DNA of 64,000 nt, taken from the NCBI GenBank assembly GCA_021162845.1, contig JAGGXX010000048.1, forward strand, positions 13,397 through 77,396, given 5' to 3'. This DNA is from Thermoprotei archaeon (lineage in GTDB: Archaea > Thermoproteota > Thermoprotei > QMSL01 > B3-G16). Numbering within the stretch: the stretch's first letter is position 1; each line of letters opens with the position of its first letter. A program made the translations under genes and the position numbers. The notes below the pieces were generated by a model, which saw only the letters and a program-made list of their open reading frames with translations, ran no database searches and was not told the DNA's origin. Below are positions 26,644-37,188 of this stretch, piece by piece.

Positions 26644-27399
26644 TTGTTAGTGAGAAAGGAGGTTAAGCCTCTGAGGCTTATAGATGAGGACGGGCTAAGA
26701 ACCGATGGAAGGCGTGTTGATGAACTGAGGAACATTAAGATAGACGTAGGAGTCCTTAAGAATGCCGATGGATCATGCTATCTGGAGATAGGGCGAAATA
26801 AGGTAATGGCAGCGGTATATGGGCCCAGAGAGGTCCATCCAAGACATCTCGCATTACCCGATAGAGCGATACTTCGTTGTCGTTATCATATGGTTCCTTT
26901 CTCAGTTCTAGAGAGGAAGTCACCTAATCCCACACGTAGGGAGATAGAGCTATCTAAGGTCATAAGGGAGGCATTAGAACCAGCACTCTTCCTTGAATAC
27001 TTCCCCAGGACGACTATTGATGTGTATATAGAGATCTTACAGGCGGATGGTGGTACCAGGACCGCTGGCATCTCCGCTGCTGCCGTTGCCCTAGCAGATG
27101 CTGGCATACCTATGAGAGATCTTGTCACTGCCATAGCGGTAGGGAAAGCGGATGGCCATATAATATTGGATCTTAATGACCTAGAAGATAAGTATGGCGA
27201 GGCGGACATGCCAGTGGCTATGATGCCCAACTTAGGCTCTATAACCCTATTACAGGCAGACGGCGAATTCACGCCTGAGGAATTTAAGGAGGCCTTGAAT
27301 CTGGCTATGAAAGGCATACGTGAAGTTTATGCCAAGCAAAGAGAGGCCCTCAGGAGGAGATATCTTAAGGTAAGGGAGGAGGTTGAAGGAAGTGTCTAG
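26644..27399 (+). CDS. rrp41: exosome complex exonuclease Rrp41 (RNase PH-like)
   Basis: [37 protein letters not shown] RNase PH fold; synteny. Confidence 0.9.
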   Translation: MLVRKEVKPLRLIDEDGLRTDGRRVDELRNIKIDVGVLKNADGSCYLEIGRNKVMAAVYGPREVHPRHLALPDRAILRCRYHMVPFSVLERKSPNPTRREIELSKVIREALEPALFLEYFPRTTIDVYIEILQADGGTRTAGISAAAVALADAGIPMRDLVTAIAVGKADGHIILDLNDLEDKYGEADMPVAMMPNLGSITLLQADGEFTPEEFKEALNLAMKGIREVYAKQREALRRRYLKVREEVEGSV

Positions 27400-28231
27400 G
27401 TCTGAAGAAGTAATACCGAAGTTAGAGAAGCATAAGCTCAGTTCGCTGATAAGTAAAGGAGAAAGGATCGACGGACGAGAGCTGAACGAATATAGACCCA
27501 TAACAATAGACGTTAACTGCATAGAGAAGGCGGAGGGCTCGGCCATAGTCAGCTTAGGCAATACCGTTTCCATAGCCGGAGTTAAAGCTGAGATAGGAAC
27601 ACCCTTTGCCGATACACCAAACGAAGGTGTACTAATAGTGAACGCTGAGTTCCTTCCACTAGCATCCCCCTCATTTGAACCCGGGCCGCCAGATGAGAAC
27701 GCGATAGAGATAGCACGAGTAGTTGACAGGGGGATAAGGAGTAGCAGGACTCTAGATCTTGAGCGGTTATGCATAATCCCCGGTAAGCGGGTTTGGGTTA
27801 TTTACGTAGACGTATACGTTCTCAACCATAATGGAAATATGATAGATGCCTCCGGTTTAGCCGTGCTTTCCGCATTGCTGACGGCTAAGATACCTGTAGT
27901 GAAGGTCTCGGAGGATGAGAGGATAGGGATCACAGATGAATGGGTTCCGCTTCCCATTAGGGACCGGCCCGTACCTGTTACTATGGCCAAAATCGGGGAT
28001 AAGCTAGTTGTTGATCCTAATATCAATGAGGAGCTATCGATGGACTGCAGGCTTACGTTAACGGTTAACGAGCGGGGCTCCATATGCGCTGTGCAAAAGG
28101 GTGGAAGAGGTAGTCTATCGATGAACGATATCCTTTACGCCGTCGATTTAGCCCTTAAAGTCAGTAAGGAGATAAGGAGCGCACTACCGCCTTTACCCAA
28201 AATCGAGGATATCACATACGTAGTAAAGTAA
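27383..28231 (+). CDS. rrp42: exosome complex subunit Rrp42
   Basis: [34 protein letters not shown] RNase PH-like inactive subunit; overlaps the rrp41 end. Confidence 0.85.
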   Translation: MKEVSRSEEVIPKLEKHKLSSLISKGERIDGRELNEYRPITIDVNCIEKAEGSAIVSLGNTVSIAGVKAEIGTPFADTPNEGVLIVNAEFLPLASPSFEPGPPDENAIEIARVVDRGIRSSRTLDLERLCIIPGKRVWVIYVDVYVLNHNGNMIDASGLAVLSALLTAKIPVVKVSEDERIGITDEWVPLPIRDRPVPVTMAKIGDKLVVDPNINEELSMDCRLTLTVNERGSICAVQKGGRGSLSMNDILYAVDLALKVSKEIRSALPPLPKIEDITYVVK

Positions 28232-28265
28232 ATAAACCCGCCTTCCTTTCTATAAGGAGAAATGC

Positions 28266-28571
28266 GTGGTCAATATGGGGAGGACTAAGGTAGTAGGTTC
28301 AGCTGGGCGGTTTGGCGCTAGATATGGAGCCACCCTTAGAAGGCGTGTAGCTTTAATAGAGAGGCGTATGCGCGACAAAAGCGTTCGCTGCCCGTATTGC
28401 CGGACAATGGGTTCCCTGAAGAGGCTTTCCTTCGGTATATGGACGTGCAGGAAATGCCATACCGTGTTCACCGGTGGTGCATATGTCCCAATCACCATAT
28501 TAGGGAAGACCTTCTCAAGGAAGGAGGAGAGGGAGCTGACGAGGAGGAGGAGCCAGTTAGCTAAAGGTTAG
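28266..28571 (+). CDS. rpl37ae: 50S ribosomal protein L37Ae
   Basis: MGRTKVVGSAGRFGARYG...CPYC...CRKC zinc ribbon. Confidence 0.9.
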   Translation: MVNMGRTKVVGSAGRFGARYGATLRRRVALIERRMRDKSVRCPYCRTMGSLKRLSFGIWTCRKCHTVFTGGAYVPITILGKTFSRKEERELTRRRSQLAKG

Positions 28572-28578
28572 GCCGTAT

Positions 28579-29142
28579 ATGGCGCGCATTATTGTAAGCA
28601 CATGTAGGGAACCTGGGCGACGTATAAGGTCTTTTTCTAAGGAGTTAGCGGCATCCCTACCTGATGCCATAAGGGTTAATAGGGGGAAGTACCCGTTAGG
28701 TGAGCTGGCTCGAATCTCATTAGAGTTAGGAGCTGATACATTAATCATAGTGGGCTCCAGGAAAGGGAATCCTGGGCGTCTTGTAATCTATCGTATTGAG
28801 GAGGACCAATATTACAAGGTTCCACCCTTAATTCGCATAAGGGGCGTTAAGCTACTCAGAGAGATAGATGAAAAATCGCCGGTGAGTGTCGTTAAGAGCC
28901 TAGTAGTTACTTGCAGTGAGGGAATGCCAGATGAGGTAAAGGAATTCGCTGAATCCTTAGCTGGAGCGTTAAGATTACCATATGTGGAAATAACGAGCTA
29001 TGATGAGGTGATGAACAGCGCGGACATCTTATTATCCCTAACGCATCGCCGCGAAGGTCATATAATACTGAAATTCCTCAATGCTAACGACCTAAAGCCC
29101 GCTGGTCCACTGATTAGAGTTGATGCCCGGCGGTTTAGATGA
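28579..29142 (+). CDS. Brix-domain ribosome biogenesis protein
   Basis: MARIIVSTCREPGRRIRSFSKELAASLP...LIIVGSRKGNPGRLVIY. Conserved partner of L37ae and Pcc1 in the superoperon. Confidence 0.7.
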   Translation: MARIIVSTCREPGRRIRSFSKELAASLPDAIRVNRGKYPLGELARISLELGADTLIIVGSRKGNPGRLVIYRIEEDQYYKVPPLIRIRGVKLLREIDEKSPVSVVKSLVVTCSEGMPDEVKEFAESLAGALRLPYVEITSYDEVMNSADILLSLTHRREGHIILKFLNANDLKPAGPLIRVDARRFR

Positions 29143-29390
29143 AGCCCCATAGAGCTCGTATCGTGTACAAAGGGCCTCCGAGACTTGTTAGAGCAGCGTA
29201 TGAGTCATTACTGCCTGAGGCCCGAAAACAGCCTACATCAGCTGGCAAGGTCTCTCTACGCCTGTTAGAAGATGATACGTTGCTCATAGAGATCACGGCA
29301 TGGCGCATATCGGTACTTAGGGCGATGGTTACGGTATATATGCGAGTTTTAAGAACGCTTAAAGACTTATATCGGGAGGTTACGCAATAG
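29139..29390 (+). CDS. pcc1: KEOPS complex subunit Pcc1
   Basis: VRAAYESLLPEARK..SLRLLEDDTLLIEITAWRISVLRAMVTVYMRVLRTL matches the Pcc1 beta-alpha-beta-beta-alpha pattern; synteny with the Brix gene. Confidence 0.65.
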   Translation: MKPHRARIVYKGPPRLVRAAYESLLPEARKQPTSAGKVSLRLLEDDTLLIEITAWRISVLRAMVTVYMRVLRTLKDLYREVTQ

Positions 29391-29433
29391 TTAAAAAGCC
29401 TAATTTCCTTCCTGATTCAAGGGGTGTGGACTC

Positions 29434-29805
29434 TTGTCATCTATAGAGCAGTTACCGCCTCGCGTCCAACAGCAATTAGCTAGGTTAGCACAAGTTCAGG
29501 AAATGCTTTCGAACATAGTGGCTAGGAGGCAACAATGGGAGGCAGAGCTTAGGGAGGTAGAAAGCGCTATAAACGAGCTAAACAAGGTCTCAGAGGATAC
29601 CCCGGTCTACAAGAGCGTGGGGATGTTACTCATAAGAACCGATAAGTCCAGCGCTCTTGCCGATCTCACCGATAAGAAGGAGACTATAGATCTCCGTATA
29701 AAGACTTTACAGCGCCAAGAAGGCCTTCTTAAAAAGCAGTTGGATGATCTTAAAAAGAGGGTATCGGATGAGTTAAGCAAGCTACGGGGGAGCTCGGGTG
29801 CGTAG
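29434..29805 (+). CDS. pfdB: prefoldin beta subunit
   Basis: Coiled coil-hairpin-coiled coil: QQLARLAQVQEMLSNI...TPVYKSVGMLLIRTDKSSALADLTDKKETIDLRIKTLQRQ. Confidence 0.8.
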   Translation: MSSIEQLPPRVQQQLARLAQVQEMLSNIVARRQQWEAELREVESAINELNKVSEDTPVYKSVGMLLIRTDKSSALADLTDKKETIDLRIKTLQRQEGLLKKQLDDLKKRVSDELSKLRGSSGA

Positions 29806-29849
29806 GGAGGCCATCTTTAAAAGTCGAGGGGAAGGTCAGTGATGACCTA

Positions 29850-30128
29850 ATGAACCGTGTGGCTAGAGTGGTGGCTGAAGCTGTAGTGGATTATATACTC
29901 TCATCTTTAAGCGAGCGATTTCTCTATGGTATTCAGGTGAACGCCGAGATGAAAAACGTACAAGAGAATACCTTTGCCTTATCGATAGAAGCTGAGGTCA
30001 ACATAAGCCCGTTTGCCCCCATAGATCCAGCCTTACTCATCCATGAGGCGATAGAGAGGGGATTTGAAGTTGGGAAAGAGGAGCTTTCGAGGAGGGGGGT
30101 TAAGACTAGATTATGGCGCTTTTCTTGA
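29850..30128 (+). CDS. hypothetical small protein
   Basis: 92-aa ORF in the superoperon. Its end overlaps the TTG-initiated DHH ORF. No motif recognized. Confidence 0.35.
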   Translation: MNRVARVVAEAVVDYILSSLSERFLYGIQVNAEMKNVQENTFALSIEAEVNISPFAPIDPALLIHEAIERGFEVGKEELSRRGVKTRLWRFS

Positions 30129-31137
30129 GGCCCTTTTAAGGCATGACCGAATAGCCCTTATCTGTCATCACAATGCTGACCCTGATTCCCTCCTAAGCGC
30201 TTATGTACTTCACCGATATCTGGAGGGCTTGGGAAAGAAGGCTGAGATATTCGCCTCTTTAGGGGTAAGTGCCTTAACTAAGAGGCTATTAGAGTCGATA
30301 GCTGTAGGGGCGATTAAAATCCATGGGGAATCGGCTCTTAACTCGTCGTTTTCATGTGCCTGCCTTATAGATACTTCATCTTTGGAGCAGCTTTCCGATG
30401 AGCTTAAACGTGAGCTCTCACAACGCTTTAAAGGCGAGATACTGATAATCGATCATCACGAACCACACCCGGATACGCTTAAGCTAGTCACAGAAGCACT
30501 AATAGACCCAAGCGCTAAAGCCACTGCCGTCATCATATATCGCTTACTTAAGCACCATAAGGTATCATTCAGCCGTGATATGGCTGAGGCATTGTTAGCG
30601 GGCATAATATATGATACACGTCGTTTTATAAACGCCGACTATGAGGTCTTCTGCATAACAGCGGAACTCCTTAGATTAGGAGCGGAATACGGTAGAATTC
30701 TGTCGCTTATTTCGCAAAAGGAGATCGACCTATCTGAGCGCATTGCAAGGCTTAAAGGAGCGCATAGATGTAGGCTATATGAAGTTAAAGTCCTTAACGA
30801 ACGCATCCTAATAGCTGTATCCCATGTTAGTTCATATGAGGCATCGGTGGCCAGGGCCCTCGTAGATCTTGGAGCGGACTTGGCCTTAGTAGCTGGCGAG
30901 CGAAAGGGCATGCTAAGGCTCTGTTCTCGAGCGACACGGCGCTTTCATGAATTGACGGGCATAAACCTAGCCCGGGACATCATGATCCCCTTAGGTGAAA
31001 TGATCAACGGCGCAGGAGGAGGGCATGCCTTGGCAGCAAGCGCAAATGGAAAGGGGACCTATGAGGAGGGCCTCAAACAAACCTTAATCTTACTTGAGAA
31101 TAAGCTTAAGATGAAATTACGAGAAATAGGAGATTAG
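30064..31137 (+). CDS. DHH/DHHA1 phosphoesterase (NrnA-like oligoribonuclease/pAp phosphatase)
   Basis: LICHHNADPDSL, LIIDHHEPH (DHH), IIYDTRRF, C-terminal GGGHALAASA (DHHA1 GGGH). No in-frame ATG at the N-terminus; the track start is TTG. Confidence 0.8.
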   Translation: MKLGKRSFRGGGLRLDYGAFLEALLRHDRIALICHHNADPDSLLSAYVLHRYLEGLGKKAEIFASLGVSALTKRLLESIAVGAIKIHGESALNSSFSCACLIDTSSLEQLSDELKRELSQRFKGEILIIDHHEPHPDTLKLVTEALIDPSAKATAVIIYRLLKHHKVSFSRDMAEALLAGIIYDTRRFINADYEVFCITAELLRLGAEYGRILSLISQKEIDLSERIARLKGAHRCRLYEVKVLNERILIAVSHVSSYEASVARALVDLGADLALVAGERKGMLRLCSRATRRFHELTGINLARDIMIPLGEMINGAGGGHALAASANGKGTYEEGLKQTLILLENKLKMKLREIGD

Positions 31138-31141
31138 AGAT

Positions 31142-31489
31142 GTGATAATGATGGATAAAAGGCTTTTCAAGAAGCTCTTCCCTAACCTCGCCAAGGAAGT
31201 AGAGGACGGTGTCATGACATTTTCCATAGGCGGTATACGCTGGTCTCAAAGATGCGAGAGATACGATGAGCTTAGGAATCCTGATGCCATATCCTTCATA
31301 CGTAGATGTAAGAATCCACAGGAGGCTGAAGAGGTTATCGATTTCCTGGAACGAAGGGGAGAGATAAGTCACGATTATGCCGAGCATTTAAGAAAGCAGT
31401 TACGTGAGAAAGGGCTTGAGAGCTTTGGAGAGCATAAGGCCCCCGGCTATTATTTCAGGAAGTACTATAGGCGTGGTAGTATCCCTTAA
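31142..31489 (+). CDS. hypothetical protein
   Basis: 115-aa basic protein. No recognized motif. Confidence 0.4.
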   Translation: MIMMDKRLFKKLFPNLAKEVEDGVMTFSIGGIRWSQRCERYDELRNPDAISFIRRCKNPQEAEEVIDFLERRGEISHDYAEHLRKQLREKGLESFGEHKAPGYYFRKYYRRGSIP

Positions 31490-33096
31490 TTCGAGAGCTT
31501 GGTCTGGATGGACTCGTACTCCTTTATGAGAAGATGCTTGGGTATGCTAACGTCTATGAAATCCCAGGGGAGTTCATCATTAGTGTCAATCGCCATATGA
31601 GCCTGCTCCAATAATCCCTTTGCCTTAAGGGCGGAGTTCCATACTGAAAGCCTAGAACCCCTATTGGCAACATATATCAAGATCTCCGTTAGCCTTTCAT
31701 CTCCTCGCGAGAGCAGTGCCTGCACCCTAGCCCATTTCGGGTTTAAAATGCTCACTGAGAAACGCGGATCCCCTCCCAAGCCTTTCAATAGGAGGCGGGC
31801 TTTTTCTCTGAGAGATTTAACGCTTTCCAGTGGCATCCACTGAAAGGGGGTATGGGGCTTAGGTATCATGGGGTTTATGGAGAGCCTTATCACCCTTAAT
31901 CCCTCATAGCCTAGATCAGCTATCCTCCTCACCATTTCCGCTATATCCTGTATGTGCTTCATCTTCTCTCCGGGAACGCCAAAGAGGAAATACAGCTTTA
32001 ATTGCTTCATACCTGCTTTAAGCGCTACCTTACAATTATCTAAGACCCTCTCTAAGTTGATCCCCTTATCTATGATGTCCATTAGTTCCTCAGAGCCTAC
32101 TTCGGGAGCTATTGTTAGTGTGCGTTGACCGCCGCGTCTGAGCAGATGGGCCAACTCTTCATCAAGCATATCTATGCGTATCGACGGGAGTCCTATTGAT
32201 AGACCCCGCTCCACTAAACCTTCAAGCAGCTTTCTGACCTGGGGATAATCGCCTATAGCTGACGAGATCAGTACGACCTTCTTAGACCCTATGGCCCGGA
32301 TGCCTCTATCAGCCAGATCTAGAAGTAAATTCAGCCCTCGATATCTATGGGGCTTAAATGTATAGCCGAGTAAGCAGAACCTACACTTATAGGGACATCC
32401 TCTTGAAACCTCAAGTAAGAAGGATCTACCGTAAACGGGCATCTGTCTCTTAGGCGCACTTAATGTAACCACTTGTCTTATGGGATAACTTACTTCATTG
32501 AGATCCCTGACGTATACCCTTCGAACTTTACCTTCAGTATATCCAGGCACATACAGACCATCTTCTCCTGAGAGCTCCTCCTTAACTCTTCGCTTTCCGC
32601 GTCTCCTATTATATCCTAAGGAAAGCAGCGTCTCCACGAACCTATCTATTAGGGCCTCAGCTTCGCCTATGAAGAAAACATCTATGAACTCTTTAAGCGG
32701 TATGGGGTTTTCGATGACGCATATTCCTCCCGCTACGAGTAATGGATAGGCCCCTTCTTCACGCCTTCTCGTAAGCGGCGGTATGCCAGATCTCAATAGC
32801 ATGCGTATGAGGTTAACGTAATCGATCTCATACTGTAAGCTAAACGCGATCACATCGAAATCCGTGAGAGGCCTACCCGATTCCATTGTTCTGGGCTCTG
32901 GAACGTGCTCGTCATAAAAACATCTCTCAGCAAGCACGTCCTCCATCGAGTTCAGATAATGATATAATATTTGAATGGCGAGGGAGCATGTTCCGGCACG
33001 GTATTCATTCGGGTAGCATATTGCTATTTTGAGAGGGATCTTTCTGAAGTCCTTAAGGATGACGTTTGCCTCATATACCGCACGTTTCCGCATCAT
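31486..33096 (-). CDS. B12-binding-domain radical SAM protein
   Basis: CxxxCxxC radical-SAM cluster motif VSRGCPYKCRFC. The N-terminal B12-binding-like domain assignment is tentative. 536 aa. Confidence 0.75.
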   Translation of the reverse strand: MMRKRAVYEANVILKDFRKIPLKIAICYPNEYRAGTCSLAIQILYHYLNSMEDVLAERCFYDEHVPEPRTMESGRPLTDFDVIAFSLQYEIDYVNLIRMLLRSGIPPLTRRREEGAYPLLVAGGICVIENPIPLKEFIDVFFIGEAEALIDRFVETLLSLGYNRRRGKRRVKEELSGEDGLYVPGYTEGKVRRVYVRDLNEVSYPIRQVVTLSAPKRQMPVYGRSFLLEVSRGCPYKCRFCLLGYTFKPHRYRGLNLLLDLADRGIRAIGSKKVVLISSAIGDYPQVRKLLEGLVERGLSIGLPSIRIDMLDEELAHLLRRGGQRTLTIAPEVGSEELMDIIDKGINLERVLDNCKVALKAGMKQLKLYFLFGVPGEKMKHIQDIAEMVRRIADLGYEGLRVIRLSINPMIPKPHTPFQWMPLESVKSLREKARLLLKGLGGDPRFSVSILNPKWARVQALLSRGDERLTEILIYVANRGSRLSVWNSALKAKGLLEQAHMAIDTNDELPWDFIDVSIPKHLLIKEYESIQTKLSN

Positions 33097-33101
33097 GAGG
33101 A

Positions 33102-33755
33102 TTAGCTACCTTCTGCCTGTACCGTTACCTCGACCTCTCTGGCCTTTGCGGCTATTTCCTTAAAATCGAGTTTCGGTGGTTCTAAGACTTTGATCTTCAT
33201 TATCTCTGCCCTTCTTAGCGGGTATATTTTCTTAGCTCTGTTATATATCTCAGAGGCTATCTTACCTAGGACGGCCTCTTGGACATAGGCATCGAAATCC
33301 AGTGCCTTAGCGTGTTCTTCCACCACTTCCTGCATTATCTTCCTTATGGCCTTTTCCTGCGAGGTCTTAGCCCTCCTTACGGTAAGTGCCAGGGCCGTGA
33401 CCCTCAGCCGAGCGCCATCCTTTGTTATTACCGTAAAGTGACCATCGACTTTAGTGCTCCCCCTGCGGACTATACTCCTTATGTAATCCCTTGCGAGCTC
33501 GTGTCCTTTAAATTGTGTATAGGCCCTATTCCCTTCGACGTATTTTATCTGAAACTTTAGCTTTATGTGAAGCTGGGAGATATCACCCGTGAGATCGTAT
33601 AACGTGGTTTCAACCGTTCGATTTATCAGTTTTTCGGGACTATCCGCTGGTACTTCCGCTACCTCAACCATGTTAAATGCTGGTGGCGCGTGAACTACGA
33701 ACCACTTCTTCCTGCTCCATTTATCCCTTCCACGAGAGCTTCTTCTTTGGGACAT
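33102..33755 (-). CDS. rps3ae: 30S ribosomal protein S3Ae (S1e)
   Basis: KWSRKKWFVVHAPPAFN...KLKFQIKYVEGNRAYTQFKGHEL. Confidence 0.9.
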   Translation of the reverse strand: MSQRRSSRGRDKWSRKKWFVVHAPPAFNMVEVAEVPADSPEKLINRTVETTLYDLTGDISQLHIKLKFQIKYVEGNRAYTQFKGHELARDYIRSIVRRGSTKVDGHFTVITKDGARLRVTALALTVRRAKTSQEKAIRKIMQEVVEEHAKALDFDAYVQEAVLGKIASEIYNRAKKIYPLRRAEIMKIKVLEPPKLDFKEIAAKAREVEVTVQAEGS

Positions 33756-33800
33756 TCCTCGATCCCCGTGAGTACAGTGTAGTTAGATATTAAGGGTATT

Positions 33801-34052
33801 TTAAACTCTTTCCCTCAACTCCCTAGTGAGGTAATGCATTATAACGTCCAGGAGGTCTATCATGAGATCAACAGCACGCTCCTCCGCCTCCAGCCTTAAG
33901 AGGAGGGCACCGTTCTCCTTTCTGATTTCGAAAGCTACCATCTGATCCTCTAGCTTCTCTTTGCATATCAGCCTATTCAATAGACTTACGATCCTCTCAT
34001 CAGATGACTTTATGTACAGCTCTATGAGGGCCCTTATGGAGCTACTTTGCAT
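33801..34052 (-). CDS. hypothetical small protein
   Basis: 83 aa, overlaps the stop of the RecJ-like gene by 11 nt. Function unknown. Confidence 0.4.
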   Translation of the reverse strand: MQSSSIRALIELYIKSSDERIVSLLNRLICKEKLEDQMVAFEIRKENGALLLRLEAEERAVDLMIDLLDVIMHYLTRELRERV

Positions 34053-35478
34053 TGTAGAGGCTCTCCCCTAAAAGCTCTAAGAACTCACGTTTTCTCTCTA
34101 TGGGTATCTGTGCTCCTGCAGCTACTTCATGTCCCCCTCCTGCACCTCCCACTTTTTCAGCGGCAAATCTAAGGGCCCTTGCTAGATCGATGCCCTTTCG
34201 ATTAAGAGCTCGTGGTAATCTAGCTGAGACCTTAATGAAGCCCTCCTTTTCTGCCCTCGTGAGCGCTATCACTGGCTTTCCCTTAGGTAATAGGGTCGCG
34301 GAGGCCGCTATGGAAGCTATGGTACCTATTATCTTCTCCTCTATGCCCACTATATCGCCATGGATGCAGTAGAATCCCTCGTATTCCTCTACTATTTCCC
34401 CGGATACCACGAGCCGGATATAGCGACCGAGTCTCTCTCTGTACATGTTGGCTACTTGTATGGCTTCTTTAAGGCTCTCCTCTCTATCTCCTAGGCATAC
34501 CGCAATAGCTACGCCGTATTTATCAAGCCTACCACATGCGTTCACTAAGGATGAATACTCCCTGGCATCGAACAGGGGACTTTCCGGTTTCTCCCTGGGA
34601 AAGAGGTACACGTAGCCTATTATCCGCTCCGCCTCTTTGCTGCTTAGACCCACATCAATCATGTATTTTATCAAGCCTGTGACCAGCTTCCTTACCTCCT
34701 CCTTGCTCAGCGATGAGAACATCCTTAATTGCCCATTCACCTCGGGTTCTATCCCTATGCTCTTCAGAAACTTATAGCTGGCCCTCTCATTGCCCGTGAG
34801 GCCAGGTATATAGGGGTTTGTGGTCCTAGCTATGCATTCGACAAGAGGCTTGCTTCTTAATCCGAAGAGCCTAAGGCTCATTTCTTCGCTTACATATCCG
34901 CTCTTAACGCCCTCTTCCACGATCCTCCTATTAAGGCCTACTAACTGTCCTTTCTCGCCGCAGTCCTGCATGTCCCCTAGAGCTCCTACTATGGCTATTG
35001 GAGCTAGGCTTATGTTACTGGAGCTCAGCCTCCTAGCTATGAGGTATGACATAGTCGAGGCGCAAGCCTCAGTATTACCGTTTATATCGTAAAGCCTCGG
35101 GTTCACCTCTATCCACGCCTTAACATTATCCGCTAGACCTCCTATCGGTTGATGGTGATCTACTACCAGAATGTTCTTATCTGCATATCTGCTGAGTAGG
35201 TTCCTTTGCCCGCTACCTAGATCCGTGAAAATTAAGAACTCATGTCTTTCTAGGAGTTTTTCAAGCCTTCTTAACGTAGGCTCATCTAGCTGATTCACTA
35301 TCTTGACATGAAAGGGTATAGCCAGATCATTAAGTACCTTTATCATTATCGAAGCTGATGTAATGCCATCTGCGTCGTAGTGTGAGATCAGCAAGGCGGG
35401 CTTACCACTTTTACTCCATTCTACTAGCGCCTCTACAGCTTCATCAAGGCCCTGATCTAGTAGCCTCTTAGCGCTCAT
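34042..35478 (-). CDS. RecJ-like DHH nuclease (archaeal Cdc45/GAN homologue)
   Basis: ISHYDADGITSASIM (DHH), VVDHH, C-terminal GGGHEVAAGA (DHHA1). 478 aa. Confidence 0.75.
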   Translation of the reverse strand: MSAKRLLDQGLDEAVEALVEWSKSGKPALLISHYDADGITSASIMIKVLNDLAIPFHVKIVNQLDEPTLRRLEKLLERHEFLIFTDLGSGQRNLLSRYADKNILVVDHHQPIGGLADNVKAWIEVNPRLYDINGNTEACASTMSYLIARRLSSSNISLAPIAIVGALGDMQDCGEKGQLVGLNRRIVEEGVKSGYVSEEMSLRLFGLRSKPLVECIARTTNPYIPGLTGNERASYKFLKSIGIEPEVNGQLRMFSSLSKEEVRKLVTGLIKYMIDVGLSSKEAERIIGYVYLFPREKPESPLFDAREYSSLVNACGRLDKYGVAIAVCLGDREESLKEAIQVANMYRERLGRYIRLVVSGEIVEEYEGFYCIHGDIVGIEEKIIGTIASIAASATLLPKGKPVIALTRAEKEGFIKVSARLPRALNRKGIDLARALRFAAEKVGGAGGGHEVAAGAQIPIERKREFLELLGESLYNAK

Positions 35479-35492
35479 GAATTCACCGAAGC

Positions 35493-35966
35493 TTAGCTGA
35501 AGATGGATATCCTGCCCGGCTCATACTTCCAATCGGGTGGCAATTTGCCTACACGCTTGTAATATTTCGCTAATCTACGTATCTTGGACTCTATGAGCTG
35601 TAAACCTCTCTTTGAGTGATAGTCCTTAGGATGCTCCTCTAGATGCCTTCTCACCCTAATCGCACGCCGTATTAGATTCGAGAGATCCTCCGGTAATTCG
35701 GGTGCTAGATTGTGCTCTTCGAGGATCTCAGATATCTTCTTGCCTACTATTTGCTTGACCAATGGGATACCATATTGATCCCTGAGGATTATGCCTATCA
35801 TTGATGGAGGATTACCCTTACGCGCTAAATCGATAACCAAGTTCTCTACTTCCTCTGGCGTATACTTTACCCATGTCGGTGGACCTTCACGCGCAGGCCT
35901 TGTGGAATGTGATTTCCCCTTCTTTTTCCTCTTCCTCAACCTGAACCACCTTGCTCTGTTAACCAT
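35493..35966 (-). CDS. rps15: 30S ribosomal protein S15 (S13e)
   Basis: [39 protein letters not shown]...[18 protein letters not shown]. Confidence 0.9.
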   Translation of the reverse strand: MVNRARWFRLRKRKKKGKSHSTRPAREGPPTWVKYTPEEVENLVIDLARKGNPPSMIGIILRDQYGIPLVKQIVGKKISEILEEHNLAPELPEDLSNLIRRAIRVRRHLEEHPKDYHSKRGLQLIESKIRRLAKYYKRVGKLPPDWKYEPGRISIFS

Positions 35967-36505
35967 TTAGCAAGTACCCTAAAAGCTTTACCTCTATGGG
36001 ATATCTTGTTCTTCTCCTCAAAGGTCATTTCGGCATAAGTCCTACCATCACCCTCGATCGGTATAAATATGGGATCGAAGCCGAAGCCGCCCCTTCCACG
36101 AGGGGCTTCACTTATTATGCCCTTCGCTATACCCCGGAAAACGTTAACACGTCCATCGGGATGAGCATATGCCACGGCACTGACGAACTTGGCTTTCCTG
36201 TTCTTCACACCTCGCATCAATCTAATTATGCCTTCATTACCTATAGTCCTGAAGACGTAAGCTGAATAGGGACCTGGAAAGCCATTTAAGGCCTCTATGA
36301 AAAGGCCAGCATCCTCTACAACTACGGTAGTTCCTAGCTCCCTCGCCGCATGTAAGGCAGCCGTACGGGATATCTCCGCTATGTCTTCTGACTGTACCTC
36401 TAGCTTTCTCACCCTCGCAACTCTGACGTTTATTCCGAACTCGCTGAGTATGCTCCTTATCTCGAGCAGCTTATGCGGATTGCCAGTCACTAGTAATATC
36501 TCCAT
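35936..36505 (-). CDS. non-canonical purine NTP pyrophosphatase (Ham1/RdgB, dITP/XTPase)
   Basis: [16 protein letters not shown]..., [19 protein letters not shown]. The 3' end overlaps rps15 by 31 nt. Confidence 0.85.
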   Translation of the reverse strand: MEILLVTGNPHKLLEIRSILSEFGINVRVARVRKLEVQSEDIAEISRTAALHAARELGTTVVVEDAGLFIEALNGFPGPYSAYVFRTIGNEGIIRLMRGVKNRKAKFVSAVAYAHPDGRVNVFRGIAKGIISEAPRGRGGFGFDPIFIPIEGDGRTYAEMTFEEKNKISHRGKAFRVLAKWLTEQGGSG

Positions 36506-37188
36506 GACTTTCTCACCTCTACAGCTACATACCGTCCCCTACTCCGTATCTCCTTAACCTTCCTCAGTACTTCTCCCGTCTTATCCTTCATTATCTTCTT
36601 ATATCCGTTAATGAAGGCCTTAAAGCATAGATCAGCGATGTCCGTATGGGTACTCTCTAAGGCCCTTAACATGAGGTGTATATCGGTCCCCATGTCCTCT
36701 AGATCCCATGTATGGCCGCCTAGCCCGAAATCTATCAGGTATACGTTTCCTGTCTCCGTTAGTATCATGTTCGAGGTAGTTAGATCTCCATGCACGATGC
36801 CGTTAGAGTGCAGTATCCCAACATTTTCCCCTATATTTCTGAAGAGACATTCGATGAAGTCTTTATCGAACCTCTCCAGTGAGTCACGTAGCCGCTTACC
36901 AGGTATATACTCCATGGTTAAACTGTTCCTCCTTATATCGATGTCTATGAGGGCTGGGACGGGTATCCCGAGTAGTTTGGCCTCATGGAGCAGACGGGCC
37001 TCGAGTATCGTCCTAGCCCGCCTTAACATTACGTCGAGATGAGGGTTCCTGTATCTCTTTGAGATCCTAATCTTCTCGACTACGAGCATTCCATACCATA
37101 ATTTCAAGAGGAGTATGGCCTCTGCTCCTTTACTGAGCACATTTACCTTTATGCTCTCCATGGTATCTCCACCTCGTCCATGCGCCAC
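36490..37188 (-). CDS. bud32: KEOPS kinase Bud32
   Basis: KGAEAILL..., catalytic loop HGDLTTSNMIL, DFG (IDFGLG). Overlaps the kae1 3' end by 40 nt but is not fused. Confidence 0.85.
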   Translation of the reverse strand: MAHGRGGDTMESIKVNVLSKGAEAILLLKLWYGMLVVEKIRISKRYRNPHLDVMLRRARTILEARLLHEAKLLGIPVPALIDIDIRRNSLTMEYIPGKRLRDSLERFDKDFIECLFRNIGENVGILHSNGIVHGDLTTSNMILTETGNVYLIDFGLGGHTWDLEDMGTDIHLMLRALESTHTDIADLCFKAFINGYKKIMKDKTGEVLRKVKEIRSRGRYVAVEVRKSWRYY

